A stretch of DNA of 26,865 bases from a virus (taxonomy: Duplodnaviria; Caudoviricetes). Under the pieces are notes generated by a model. The model was given only the letters and a program-made list of their open reading frames with translations. It ran no database searches and was not told the DNA's origin. The stretch lies in the IMG/VR virus record IMGVR_UViG_3300050014_000374, positions 1 to 26,865 of that record, one strand, 5' to 3'. A program made the position numbers and the translations under genes. Within the stretch, counting starts at the first letter, position 1. Every line of letters begins with the position of its first letter. Positions 1 through 8,246 of the stretch are shown here, piece after piece.

Positions 1-2
1 AA

Positions 3-1226
3 GTTCTTAATTCTGATATTATCGGGCATGGGAAAGAATCTGCAAAGGCAGAAATGACAATCGGTAATTATCAGATTGAAAGGGTTATCGGCAAAACCCC
101 GAAACTGAAAGTAAAGAATCTTGAAACCGGATTTATGGAAAAGGGAGAAGTTCAGAATTTCCTTGACACTTTTGTTAATGAACTTACTTTTAATCCAAGA
201 CCCTTCCTGGATAAGACACCTTTCCAGCAATTAAAATTCTGTATGGATCTGTTTCATATAGACTTTACTTCCATTAACGCCCAACTAACTACGCTTGAAC
301 AGGACAGGCTTTTCTGCGGAAGGGAAGTAAAGAAGTTCGGAGAGATTGAGGTTGTGCCGGAAATGAAAGGTATTGATGTTAATAAGCTGATTGCTCAAAG
401 AACCGAATTAGAGGGAAGGAATAAAATTAGGCGTGATGCTTACGATCTTGAGAAGCAGAATGAAATAAATAAGATCAATATTTTTAATAATGAGCAAAAG
501 GATAAGGCTCAAAAGATTAAAGACCTGAAATCCGAAATTGCTCAAAATTGGAAAGACAGGGAGAGCGTTGAAAGCGAAATCGTTGAACTGGAAAAGAAGT
601 TAAAAGAATTAAATAAACGCCTTGAATTTACGATACTAAAAAATGGACAGTTTGAGTCTGAAATTAACAAGACTCCTGAACCCGATCCAGAAAAATCAAT
701 CTCTATAAATCTTCCCGAACCCGATTATGAAGCCACTACTGAAATTGATGCAGCAATTCAAGAAGCCTCTGTTAATAACGAAAAGGCTCGTCAATATCAG
801 AATTATCTTACTAAGAAACAGGAAAAGGCTGACAAGCAAATCGAGTATGATTCCTTTGATAACAAGATAAAAGATTTGAGAGATCAGAAACTTGAAATAC
901 TCCGCAATACCAAAACAGGCGTGGAAGGACTTGAAATCAGGGAAGAAGGATTGTTTTACAATGGTAATTTCTCCGAGAATTGGAGCGATTCAGAATCTAT
1001 AAGAATATCCTCTGAATTATGCCTTGCACAGATGCCAAAGTTAAGAGCAATATTTATTGATAGGGCAGAATCCTTTGATAGTGATTCATTGAAGGACTTG
1101 GAAACATGGGCTATTGAGAATGACATTGAGGCATTCGTTACTATCGTTTCAGACATACCGGAAACATTAGATGTTGATTGCTTTTATATACAGGAAGGAA
1201 AAATAATTGAAAAGGAAGGTGAGTAA
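3..1226 (+). CDS. SbcC/Rad50-like phage ATPase with coiled coil (5' partial)
   Basis: Frame is open from base 3. Long coiled coil, then ABC-signature-like WSDSE and Walker B-like IFIDRAE. Walker A is not in the window. Sits upstream of YqaJ/RecT. Confidence 0.7.
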   Translation, partial: VLNSDIIGHGKESAKAEMTIGNYQIERVIGKTPKLKVKNLETGFMEKGEVQNFLDTFVNELTFNPRPFLDKTPFQQLKFCMDLFHIDFTSINAQLTTLEQDRLFCGREVKKFGEIEVVPEMKGIDVNKLIAQRTELEGRNKIRRDAYDLEKQNEINKINIFNNEQKDKAQKIKDLKSEIAQNWKDRESVESEIVELEKKLKELNKRLEFTILKNGQFESEINKTPEPDPEKSISINLPEPDYEATTEIDAAIQEASVNNEKARQYQNYLTKKQEKADKQIEYDSFDNKIKDLRDQKLEILRNTKTGVEGLEIREEGLFYNGNFSENWSDSESIRISSELCLAQMPKLRAIFIDRAESFDSDSLKDLETWAIENDIEAFVTIVSDIPETLDVDCFYIQEGKIIEKEGE

Positions 1227-1663
1227 TGAAAAGAATTATTGAGTTCACCCCCGCATTTGATAAAAGAAACCCTGACCCCAAAATAAATTATGGCATCCAT
1301 TGTGTAGAATTAAGAATGGTAGTAAAGGGGAAAGAAGGGGCAGTCCAATTCGTTTTATATACAAATTGGAACTTGCCTCACGTTACTAACGAATTCTTAT
1401 CAAAACCACTTGATCGTTTAGGTGTGAAGTGTTTCTTCACACCACTCCCTGCCGATATTGGATACCACAGCCCAAAACCAATGTATGAAGGGCAAGAACC
1501 AATAAGCGGGAAGTGTGAATATGTAAACGGGAAATCCTGTTATTATGATGGTTCGGGAATGCACGCAGAAAAAGTTTATAACCTTCTTGTTGAAAAAGGC
1601 TCTGAGGAAGTATGGCAATATTTAGAAAACTATTATAAAGAAACCTTTGAGGAAAAGAATTAA
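1226..1663 (+). CDS. hypothetical phage protein
   Basis: 145-aa ORF, TAATG overlap with upstream stop, SD-like GGAAGGTGA. Confidence 0.6.
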   Translation: MKRIIEFTPAFDKRNPDPKINYGIHCVELRMVVKGKEGAVQFVLYTNWNLPHVTNEFLSKPLDRLGVKCFFTPLPADIGYHSPKPMYEGQEPISGKCEYVNGKSCYYDGSGMHAEKVYNLLVEKGSEEVWQYLENYYKETFEEKN

Positions 1664-1664
1664 T

Positions 1665-2687
1665 ATGGAAACAACATCAACAACAACCCAGCTTAACCGA
1701 GAACTTATCCAGCCTATTATTGATGAAGCCCTGAAGAATGGCAGGTCAATCCCTACTACACAAATGGATAAAACCGTTTGGCTTGGTATCAGGAAAGTTC
1801 TTGGAATCGGGGGAAGCGAAGCTGCGGTAGTTCTTGGGATATCAAGATATAAAACCCCTTATCAGTTATGGCAGGAGAAAGTAAGCGAAGAAATAGAGGA
1901 AATCTCAAACAAGTTTACTCTTTGGGGAAATCTACTGGAGGAACCGATTGCGCAGGCATATATGAGAGAAACCGGGAACATAGTTATTGCCGATAATAAA
2001 ATCAGAATCCATCCAAAATACGATTGCTTGTTTACTAACCTTGACCGAGTGATAATGGAGAATGGCAAGGAAACAGGGTGTGTAGAGTGCAAAAGCACCG
2101 TTAAATCGGTTTATAATTCTTGGGAGGCAAATGAGGATGATAATCCGCAAGGAATCCCGCTAGAGCATTATATACAGGTTCAGGATGAATTGGCTTGTTC
2201 CGGTTTACCTTTCTGTGATTATGTGGTGCTGTTAGTGGACCAGAGGGAAATCAGAATTAAAAGGATTCTTCCGGACCCTGAATTCATAGAGAAAATGGAA
2301 ACTGCGCTTGTTGGTTGGTGGAATGCCTATGTAGTTACTAACGAAGCACCACCCATGACAGTTAAGGAATATGCCTTTGTTGCTCCACAGGAAGAAAGTT
2401 TTATCGAAGCTACTGGAGAGATTGCGGAACTATATAACAGCCTTAAAGAAAAGAAAGGTACTGCTAAAATCCTCGATAAAGAAATCGGGGAAATGGAAGA
2501 TAAGATAAAGGAATTTATTGGGGAGAAGGCTAATCTCGTCTTGATTGATACGGTTATAGCGACTTGGAAACAGCAATCAAGATCAGGAATTGACAGCAAG
2601 TTATTAAAATCAAAATATCCCGAAATCAGTAGAGAAGTGGAGAAGGTAAGCACATTCCGGGTGTTGAAGTTAAAGGAAATAAAATGA
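1665..2687 (+). CDS. yqaJ: YqaJ-like viral recombinase (lambda-exonuclease family)
   Basis: Motifs W..IR..GIGGSEAA, KTPYQLWQEK, WGN.LE, NLD, VECKS and Y.QVQ. Start re-assigned to ATG 1665 after GAGG. Confidence 0.9.
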   Translation: METTSTTTQLNRELIQPIIDEALKNGRSIPTTQMDKTVWLGIRKVLGIGGSEAAVVLGISRYKTPYQLWQEKVSEEIEEISNKFTLWGNLLEEPIAQAYMRETGNIVIADNKIRIHPKYDCLFTNLDRVIMENGKETGCVECKSTVKSVYNSWEANEDDNPQGIPLEHYIQVQDELACSGLPFCDYVVLLVDQREIRIKRILPDPEFIEKMETALVGWWNAYVVTNEAPPMTVKEYAFVAPQEESFIEATGEIAELYNSLKEKKGTAKILDKEIGEMEDKIKEFIGEKANLVLIDTVIATWKQQSRSGIDSKLLKSKYPEISREVEKVSTFRVLKLKEIK

Positions 2688-3238
2688 ACCAATCTGGCAT
2701 TTATAAAATCACCAACCTTAAAAACGGGCACTGTTATATCGGGAGTACTGCGGTCTTAGACAAAAGGAAAGCAGAGCATTTCTATTCATTAAATAAGCAG
2801 AAACATCATTCGGCATACTTACAAAACGCCTTTGATATATATGGGGAAATAAATTTCGGGTTTGAAGTCTTGGAATATTGCGATGTTTCAAAACTTTTTG
2901 AAAGAGAACAATATTGGTTTAATCGCTGTCGGGACGAAAATATTATGCTATATAATATGTGTCCGATAGCTGGAAGTCCACTTGGTTCAAGGCGGTCAGA
3001 CGAGACAAGGAAGAAGATGTCTAATTCCAAGCAGGGGACGCATTTGTCAGTTGAGACAAAGAGGAAGATGTCAGAGTCGCATATTGGTATGAACACTTGG
3101 ATGAGCGGTAGAAAATTTTCTGAAGAAACACGGAGGAAAATGTCAGCATCCAGAATGGGCAAACTATGGTCTGAAGAAAATAAACAGAAACTGAGAAAGC
3201 CCAAAAGAAAAAGAAATATTATTATTAACAAAACTTAG
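2684..3238 (+). CDS. GIY-YIG homing endonuclease with NUMOD3 repeats
   Basis: GIYKITN..NGHCYIGS, conserved R and EREQYW, YN motif. C-terminal repeats S.ET(R/K)(R/K)KMS.S..G three times plus one partial. Confidence 0.9.
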   Translation: MNQSGIYKITNLKNGHCYIGSTAVLDKRKAEHFYSLNKQKHHSAYLQNAFDIYGEINFGFEVLEYCDVSKLFEREQYWFNRCRDENIMLYNMCPIAGSPLGSRRSDETRKKMSNSKQGTHLSVETKRKMSESHIGMNTWMSGRKFSEETRRKMSASRMGKLWSEENKQKLRKPKRKRNIIINKT

Positions 3239-3246
3239 GAGTTCGT

Positions 3247-4257
3247 ATGACAGAGATGAAGGAAGCTGTAAAGAACAGCGTACTAAAACAGAACGGTAAT
3301 TTACCCGCAAAGGTAGATGTTCTAAATGCAATCGAGAAGCAACGTCCCGGGTTTGCCCTTGCTCTCCCGAAAGACTTTGATGCAGACAGATTTACAAGAA
3401 TCGCTATTACTGCTATAAAAGCAAACCCCGCACTTCAAAGATGCGATTCAATGTCCGTTCTTGGTGCTTTAATGTTATGCGCTCAGTTAGGGCTTGAACC
3501 GAATACCCCCCTGCATGAAGCTGCCATTATTCCCTATGGAGATAAAGCGCAATTTCAAATCGAATACCGGGGATTAATGAAATTAGTTTGGAACTCCGGT
3601 TTAATTGCCTTTATCGATTACGATAAGGTCTGCAAAAATGATGTGTTTGAATATACGAAAGGATTCAACCCAACCTTAGTCCATAAACCGAGAATGGACG
3701 GTGATCGTGGCGAAGCATACGCTTATTATGCTGTTGCTGAATTACAGGGAGGGGGGAAAGTATTCGTTGTTAAAACTATCGATGATATTAAAAAACATGC
3801 GGTAAGATTCAGCAAGGCTTACGGTTCCGGTCCCTGGAAAACCGATTTTGATCCGATGGCAATTAAAACAGTTCTAAAGGAATTATGCGATAAGAAGCTC
3901 CCCAAAAGAACGACCTCAGAAGCCCTGAGATTCGCCACTGCTTTATCAAAAGACGAAAAGATAAATGCAGTAAGTCCCGAAACATTATTAACCGCACAGG
4001 AAAGAGCAATTTCCCTTGATGATATTCAGACAGAGGATGCGATTGTCATTGAGGAAGAAAAGAAAAATGATTCCGAAAACGCTTTCGTTGATAAGCCCGA
4101 ATATTGGGTAAAAGCAATTCAGGGAATCAAAACCAGTAGAGAATATCAGATATTCCTAAAAGAGCACGTTGAGGATTTTAACATGTTCGAGGGTGCTGGA
4201 CTACAAGGCATAAAAGACGCTATGGCAGAGAAGGAAACCGAGTTCAAGAAAAAATAA
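3247..4257 (+). CDS. recT: RecT single-strand annealing protein
   Basis: S.LGALM.CAQLGLEP, AQFQI.YRG, GPW.TDFD.MA.KTV. SD AGGAG. Confidence 0.9.
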   Translation: MTEMKEAVKNSVLKQNGNLPAKVDVLNAIEKQRPGFALALPKDFDADRFTRIAITAIKANPALQRCDSMSVLGALMLCAQLGLEPNTPLHEAAIIPYGDKAQFQIEYRGLMKLVWNSGLIAFIDYDKVCKNDVFEYTKGFNPTLVHKPRMDGDRGEAYAYYAVAELQGGGKVFVVKTIDDIKKHAVRFSKAYGSGPWKTDFDPMAIKTVLKELCDKKLPKRTTSEALRFATALSKDEKINAVSPETLLTAQERAISLDDIQTEDAIVIEEEKKNDSENAFVDKPEYWVKAIQGIKTSREYQIFLKEHVEDFNMFEGAGLQGIKDAMAEKETEFKKK

Positions 4258-4265
4258 CTAACTAA

Positions 4266-4706
4266 TTTGTTGGTGACGTTGTGGAAGATGCTGCTTTAGA
4301 AGTGAATGGAAAGGGAAAAAGCGAAATAATGTTATATGAGGCTCCCGGATTAGTTTACAAATCCTTTATTTCAATGTTAGGCAAATATTGCGACAAATTT
4401 AATAAAGAAGATAAACTATTCTTTACCGGCTATAATGCCCGATTCGATTATGATTTTATGAGGGCATGGTTTAATAAGTGCGGTGACAAGTTCTTTGGAT
4501 CATGGTTTTATTTCCCCCCTATTGATGTAATGAATCAGGCAATTATAAAACTTATTCAGTTAAGACATACACTTCCAAACTTCAAACTTAAAACTGTTAC
4601 AGAACACTTTGGAATTGTACCTACTGGCGATCTTCACAATGCACTAACTGATATTGATATCACTGAACAACTATTTCTTAAACTTTTTAATAATCAAGAA
4701 CAATAA
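4266..4706 (+). pseudogene. 5'-truncated DEDDh (DnaQ-like) 3'-5' exonuclease
   Basis: ExoII (GYNARFD) and ExoIII (HNALTDI) are present. ExoI (DxE) is absent, and there is an in-frame TAA at 4263-4265 just upstream of FVGDVVEDAALEVNG. Confidence 0.7.
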
Positions 4707-4707
4707 A

Positions 4708-5223
4708 GTGCATACAGTAATTAAGCAGAAGAAAAATACCTTTCGCAAAATACCTAATCCGAATATAACCGGAAGCTATTGCGGAAACCTTAATTGTGGC
4801 AGATATATTGACTACAAAGAGGACTGTATGTATAACCACGATCTTAAACTTATTCTATGCCTAAAGTGTAAGCCTGTAAGTCAGAACAAACAGAACAAAT
4901 ACAGGAACACCCCCCGATTATATGACGGTCATGTTTACCAGTCAACTAAAGAGGCTAAGTATGCTATTCAGCTTGATCTCAGGAAACGTGCCGGAGAAAT
5001 TAAAGGCTGGGAGAAGCAAGTAAAAATAGATTTAAAAGTTTTAGGGCAGCATATCTGCAACTACTATTGCGATTTTATAATAACCCATAATGACGGGACC
5101 AAAGAATACATAGACGTTAAATCTGATGCTACAGTATTGCCCTTATTCATGATTAAATGGCGATTACTTGAAATTCATGTCAAGAATTTTGAACCAGAGA
5201 ATAAATTAACAATAGTGAAATAA
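4708..5223 (+). CDS. DUF1064-family putative nuclease with N-terminal Cys cluster
   Basis: NKYRN....YDG..Y.S.KEA, Y.CDF, IDVKS, F.IKW. N-terminal CGNLNC...CLKC. GTG start at 4708 is inferred. Confidence 0.75.
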   Translation: MHTVIKQKKNTFRKIPNPNITGSYCGNLNCGRYIDYKEDCMYNHDLKLILCLKCKPVSQNKQNKYRNTPRLYDGHVYQSTKEAKYAIQLDLRKRAGEIKGWEKQVKIDLKVLGQHICNYYCDFIITHNDGTKEYIDVKSDATVLPLFMIKWRLLEIHVKNFEPENKLTIVK

Positions 5224-5275
5224 TGAATAAACCCACAAACACTCACATTGACAGGAAAAGAAGGGGGATGAGATT

Positions 5276-6448
5276 TTGACCCATGCTTCTCTTTTTACGG
5301 GTTTTGGAATGTTTGACTATGCAGCAGAGAAAGCCGGTTACAAAAACATATTTCAGGTAGAGATAAATGAGTTTTGCCAAAAGTTATTAAATGTTCGCTA
5401 TCCTGAAACAGACAAATATTTAGATATAAAGGAATTTGATGGAACAAAATACAGAGGACTTATTGACGTTATTTCCGGTGGCTTCCCCTGTCAGCCCTTT
5501 AGCCAAGCAGGACAAAGAAAAGGGCGTGAAGATGAACGAGCCTTATTCCCGGAAGCACTTAGAGTTATTAGAGAAGTGTCACCCGAATGGCTACTTCTGG
5601 AAAATGTTTACGGACTCCTTAATATCCATGATGGAGACTACTTTCAAAACGAAATTGTTGCATCGTTGGAGAATGAAGGTTACTCGGTTCAACCGTATAT
5701 TATTCCAGCTTCAGCCATCGGGGCGATCCACAGGAGGGATAGAATATGGATTATTGGGTACTCCAAGAGCGCAGGAAAGACCACGCAGCGAGAAGTTTTT
5801 GCAGAGAGAACAGGGGATAAAGAGGGTTCCAACTCCAAGCGAAGTAATAGATTTAATGAATCGGGGGCTTCTAAAAACTCCAAGCAGATTCGATGCAACG
5901 GTAGTGAGTGGAAAGAAAAATCCGACATCGGGAAATTCGGGAAGTTTAGCTCAGGAAATGAGTCAGGGGTTTCCGACAAGGTTATTGCCAACGATGAGAG
6001 CCGGATTAACGGGGGACATAACAGAGAATCGGAAAAACGACAAGAATCGGAATTTGGAAAAGGCTTTAGCGATGGAATTACTACCAACCCCGAAGAAACA
6101 AAATGCAAATTCGGAAGGATTGCACGGACAAGGGGGAATGGATTTACAAACACAAATTTCACTACTACCCACACCGACATCACACGACAATCGGGACAGG
6201 GGGTCGATAGACGACCCGTGCATTCGGAGAAGAGTGGAATTAGGGAAGAATATAGATTTATCAATGACAGTCAATTCCAAAGAGAATGGATTGAAGTTGC
6301 AAACCAAATTTGTGGAATGGATGCTGCACCTTCCACCGGATTACACAAATCCAGATATCGCAAACAGCGACTTGAAGGTTTGGGAAACGGTATTCAATGG
6401 GAAATAGCCTGGACTTTCTTTGAATTGATTAAGGAGTTTTCAAATTGA
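5276..6448 (+). CDS. dcm: DNA (cytosine-5) methyltransferase, catalytic chain (motifs I-VIII and X)
   Basis: SLFTGFG (I), GGFPCQPFS (IV), LENV (VI), HRRDRIWI (VIII), RLEGLGNG (X). No motif IX in this frame. Confidence 0.9.
   Translation: MTHASLFTGFGMFDYAAEKAGYKNIFQVEINEFCQKLLNVRYPETDKYLDIKEFDGTKYRGLIDVISGGFPCQPFSQAGQRKGREDERALFPEALRVIREVSPEWLLLENVYGLLNIHDGDYFQNEIVASLENEGYSVQPYIIPASAIGAIHRRDRIWIIGYSKSAGKTTQREVFAERTGDKEGSNSKRSNRFNESGASKNSKQIRCNGSEWKEKSDIGKFGKFSSGNESGVSDKVIANDESRINGGHNRESEKRQESEFGKGFSDGITTNPEETKCKFGRIARTRGNGFTNTNFTTTHTDITRQSGQGVDRRPVHSEKSGIREEYRFINDSQFQREWIEVANQICGMDAAPSTGLHKSRYRKQRLEGLGNGIQWEIAWTFFELIKEFSN
5439..6407 (+). CDS. Overlapping +1-frame ORF, putative second methyltransferase subunit (variable region plus motif IX)
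   Basis: Over 320 open codons nested in the dcm gene. AAGGA SD precedes ATG 5439. Five LLxT(P/M) units and motif IX-like LQTKFVEWMLHLPPDYT. Confidence 0.7.
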   Translation: MEQNTEDLLTLFPVASPVSPLAKQDKEKGVKMNEPYSRKHLELLEKCHPNGYFWKMFTDSLISMMETTFKTKLLHRWRMKVTRFNRILFQLQPSGRSTGGIEYGLLGTPRAQERPRSEKFLQREQGIKRVPTPSEVIDLMNRGLLKTPSRFDATVVSGKKNPTSGNSGSLAQEMSQGFPTRLLPTMRAGLTGDITENRKNDKNRNLEKALAMELLPTPKKQNANSEGLHGQGGMDLQTQISLLPTPTSHDNRDRGSIDDPCIRRRVELGKNIDLSMTVNSKENGLKLQTKFVEWMLHLPPDYTNPDIANSDLKVWETVFNGK

Positions 6449-6855
6449 AGGATTTACTCCTCTCCATATTGTTAACAAGATCCAGCATAGACAAGCCCAT
6501 GCTTTCGGTTGACCTATTCAGATTAGTTAATCCTAACCTCTCCCTGCGCTCTTTTCAAAGGTCAATTTCAGACATAATTAATGAGTATAACCAGAAAACC
6601 TATGAGAAGGTCATTAGGGGTCAAATAAGCAAGGATTCGGCTGTGTTGATACTAAGTGATAAGAGCAGGGGCTATTTCGCAGCAGGAACCAAGGAGGCAA
6701 GGAAGGAGGGCGTCCTAGAATATTTCTCAACTGTAAAAACAGAACTTGCTAAGGCTCGTTTCTTAAACAAATTTGTAAATGAGGTGGATAATTTGAGGCT
6801 ACAACAGGACTTTGAATTTTTAAGAGAAGAAAATAATGGAGAGTTATTCGGATGA
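6445..6855 (+). CDS. hypothetical protein (possible winged-helix)
   Basis: 136-aa ORF with AAGGAG SD, overlapping neighbours by 4 nt on both sides. Confidence 0.55.
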   Translation: MKDLLLSILLTRSSIDKPMLSVDLFRLVNPNLSLRSFQRSISDIINEYNQKTYEKVIRGQISKDSAVLILSDKSRGYFAAGTKEARKEGVLEYFSTVKTELAKARFLNKFVNEVDNLRLQQDFEFLREENNGELFG

Positions 6856-7670
6856 AAAGAATAATCAGCTTTAGCGGTGGCAAAGATTCAACGGCTTTAA
6901 TCCTATGGGCTAAAGAAAACTTGGATGAATTTGACACCATATTTTGTGACACTGGTTGGGAGTCGGACGAAACCTATGAATATATCCAGTATATAAACTT
7001 AATGTTGCTTAATGGAAAACTGATAGTATTGCATTCAAAAGATTATTCGAGTTTTGAAGATTTATCAATTAAAAAACAAAGAATCCCTAGTAGTCAGGCT
7101 CGTTATTGTACTGAAGAATTAAAACTTATCCCTACTAAAAATTATATATCTCAATATCTCCCTGTTTTATGTTCTGAATTTGAACCCCCGGAAGTCGAAA
7201 TATATGTTGGAATCCGGGCTGATGAAAGCGAAGCAAGAAAAGATTTACCGGAAAGAACGTGGTCAGACTTTTATAATTGTTTCCTTAATAGACCCTTGAT
7301 ATATCAAAATGTCGAATATGTTTTTGATCTGCATAAGAAATATGGGGTAAAACCCAACCCGCTATACAGCAAGGGATTTAGTAGAGTTGGTTGCTATCCA
7401 TGTATCAATATTCGATTGCCTGAGTTAAGGCAATTATTCATTAGAGACCCGCAACGAATTGATAAAATTAGAGAACTTGAAAGAAATGTCGGGAGAAGTT
7501 TTTTCTCTCCCAAAAGAATACCTAAAAGATTTCATACTGGTTTTGATTTTAAAAGCGGTAAATCCTTCCCCTGGATTGATGATGTTATCAAATATATATC
7601 TTCCGGTAAGTATGAGATTCAAGACGAAGAAGGGGAATCATGTATGAGTTATTATTCAATATGCGAATAA
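6852..7670 (+). CDS. PAPS reductase-family (PP-loop) protein
   Basis: SFSGGKDS, FCDTGWE, RYCT.ELK, GIRADES.AR, NPLY..GF.RVGC.PC. Confidence 0.88.
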   Translation: MKRIISFSGGKDSTALILWAKENLDEFDTIFCDTGWESDETYEYIQYINLMLLNGKLIVLHSKDYSSFEDLSIKKQRIPSSQARYCTEELKLIPTKNYISQYLPVLCSEFEPPEVEIYVGIRADESEARKDLPERTWSDFYNCFLNRPLIYQNVEYVFDLHKKYGVKPNPLYSKGFSRVGCYPCINIRLPELRQLFIRDPQRIDKIRELERNVGRSFFSPKRIPKRFHTGFDFKSGKSFPWIDDVIKYISSGKYEIQDEEGESCMSYYSICE

Positions 7671-7714
7671 ATTGAGGAAAATATGAAATTTAATATCGGG
7701 ACGGAAATATGAGT

Positions 7715-7743
7715 TTGACTTTATGTAACACTTTTTGTAAATT
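7715..7743 (+). promoter_or_regulatory. sigma70-type promoter
   Basis: TTGACT(7715-7720), 17 bp, TAAATT(7738-7743), directly upstream of a structured leader. Confidence 0.6.
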
Positions 7744-7750
7744 GGTCATA

Positions 7751-7885
7751 CGATCAAGACTAAATAGCATTATGAGATTAACTAACGAAAAATACAATTC
7801 CGTCTATATCAGTTTACTTGCACCGAAGCAATTCGGGACTCGTAATGTAGTCTTGATCGACTCTGGTATAGGCGGTTTTCTATTT
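7751..7885 (+). ncRNA. structured RNA leader / putative regulatory RNA
   Basis: Perfect 12-bp inverted repeat 7751-7762/7848-7859 plus 9-bp 7768-7776/7839-7847. A 13-bp helix 7800-7812/7863-7875 is followed by a U-rich tract. CCGAA-GCAA-TTCGG GNRA hairpin at 7823-7836. Confidence 0.55.
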
Positions 7886-7898
7886 ATGGGAGCCTACC

Positions 7899-8246
7899 AT
7901 GCCTAAATACACACCCGCAGAACCTATATTCCCTATTTGGGCTCCCCATTATCGCACTCTAAGCAAAATCCAATCTTTAGATAAAAAAAGAGGGTTTGCT
8001 TCATTAAGACATTCTGCAAGTGCCTTTATAAAAAGATCAATAGTCAGACAATTAGTTATGGAAAAATGTAAGGGGCAGTGCATGGAATGTAATTCAACTA
8101 ATTATTTGCAAGTAGATCACATCATTTCTGTTTATCTCACATTCAAGACCAACACATATTTAGAAATATTAAATACTTATGAGAATTTGCAAATATTGTG
8201 TAAGTATTGCAATGCTTCAAAATCCCCAGAGAGAATAAATTTATGA
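7899..8246 (+). CDS. HNH endonuclease
   Basis: CMEC...LQVDHII...NLQILCKYCNASKS. Confidence 0.85.
   Translation: MPKYTPAEPIFPIWAPHYRTLSKIQSLDKKRGFASLRHSASAFIKRSIVRQLVMEKCKGQCMECNSTNYLQVDHIISVYLTFKTNTYLEILNTYENLQILCKYCNASKSPERINL

Noticed and set aside
2992-3195. Imperfect DNA repeats resembling an array
   Set aside because: Explained by NUMOD3 protein repeats. Not CRISPR: no identical repeats with unique spacers, and no cas genes.
2327-3231. Minus-strand ORFs 2327-2731 and 2806-3231
   Set aside because: Antisense shadows of Lys/Glu-rich genes, no independent features.
2684-3238. Group I intron around the GIY-YIG gene
   Set aside because: Flanking genes are intact and abut the ORF, with no non-coding space for intron core helices.
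5689-6307. Minus-strand ORFs of 191 and 114 aa inside the methyltransferase
   Set aside because: Composition is a Ser/Leu/Phe-rich shadow of the + strand frames with no motif, unlike the intein antisense ORF.
6852-7670. Dnd phosphorothioation system
   Set aside because: Only a lone PAPS-reductase-family gene, with no dndA/B/D/E-like neighbours.
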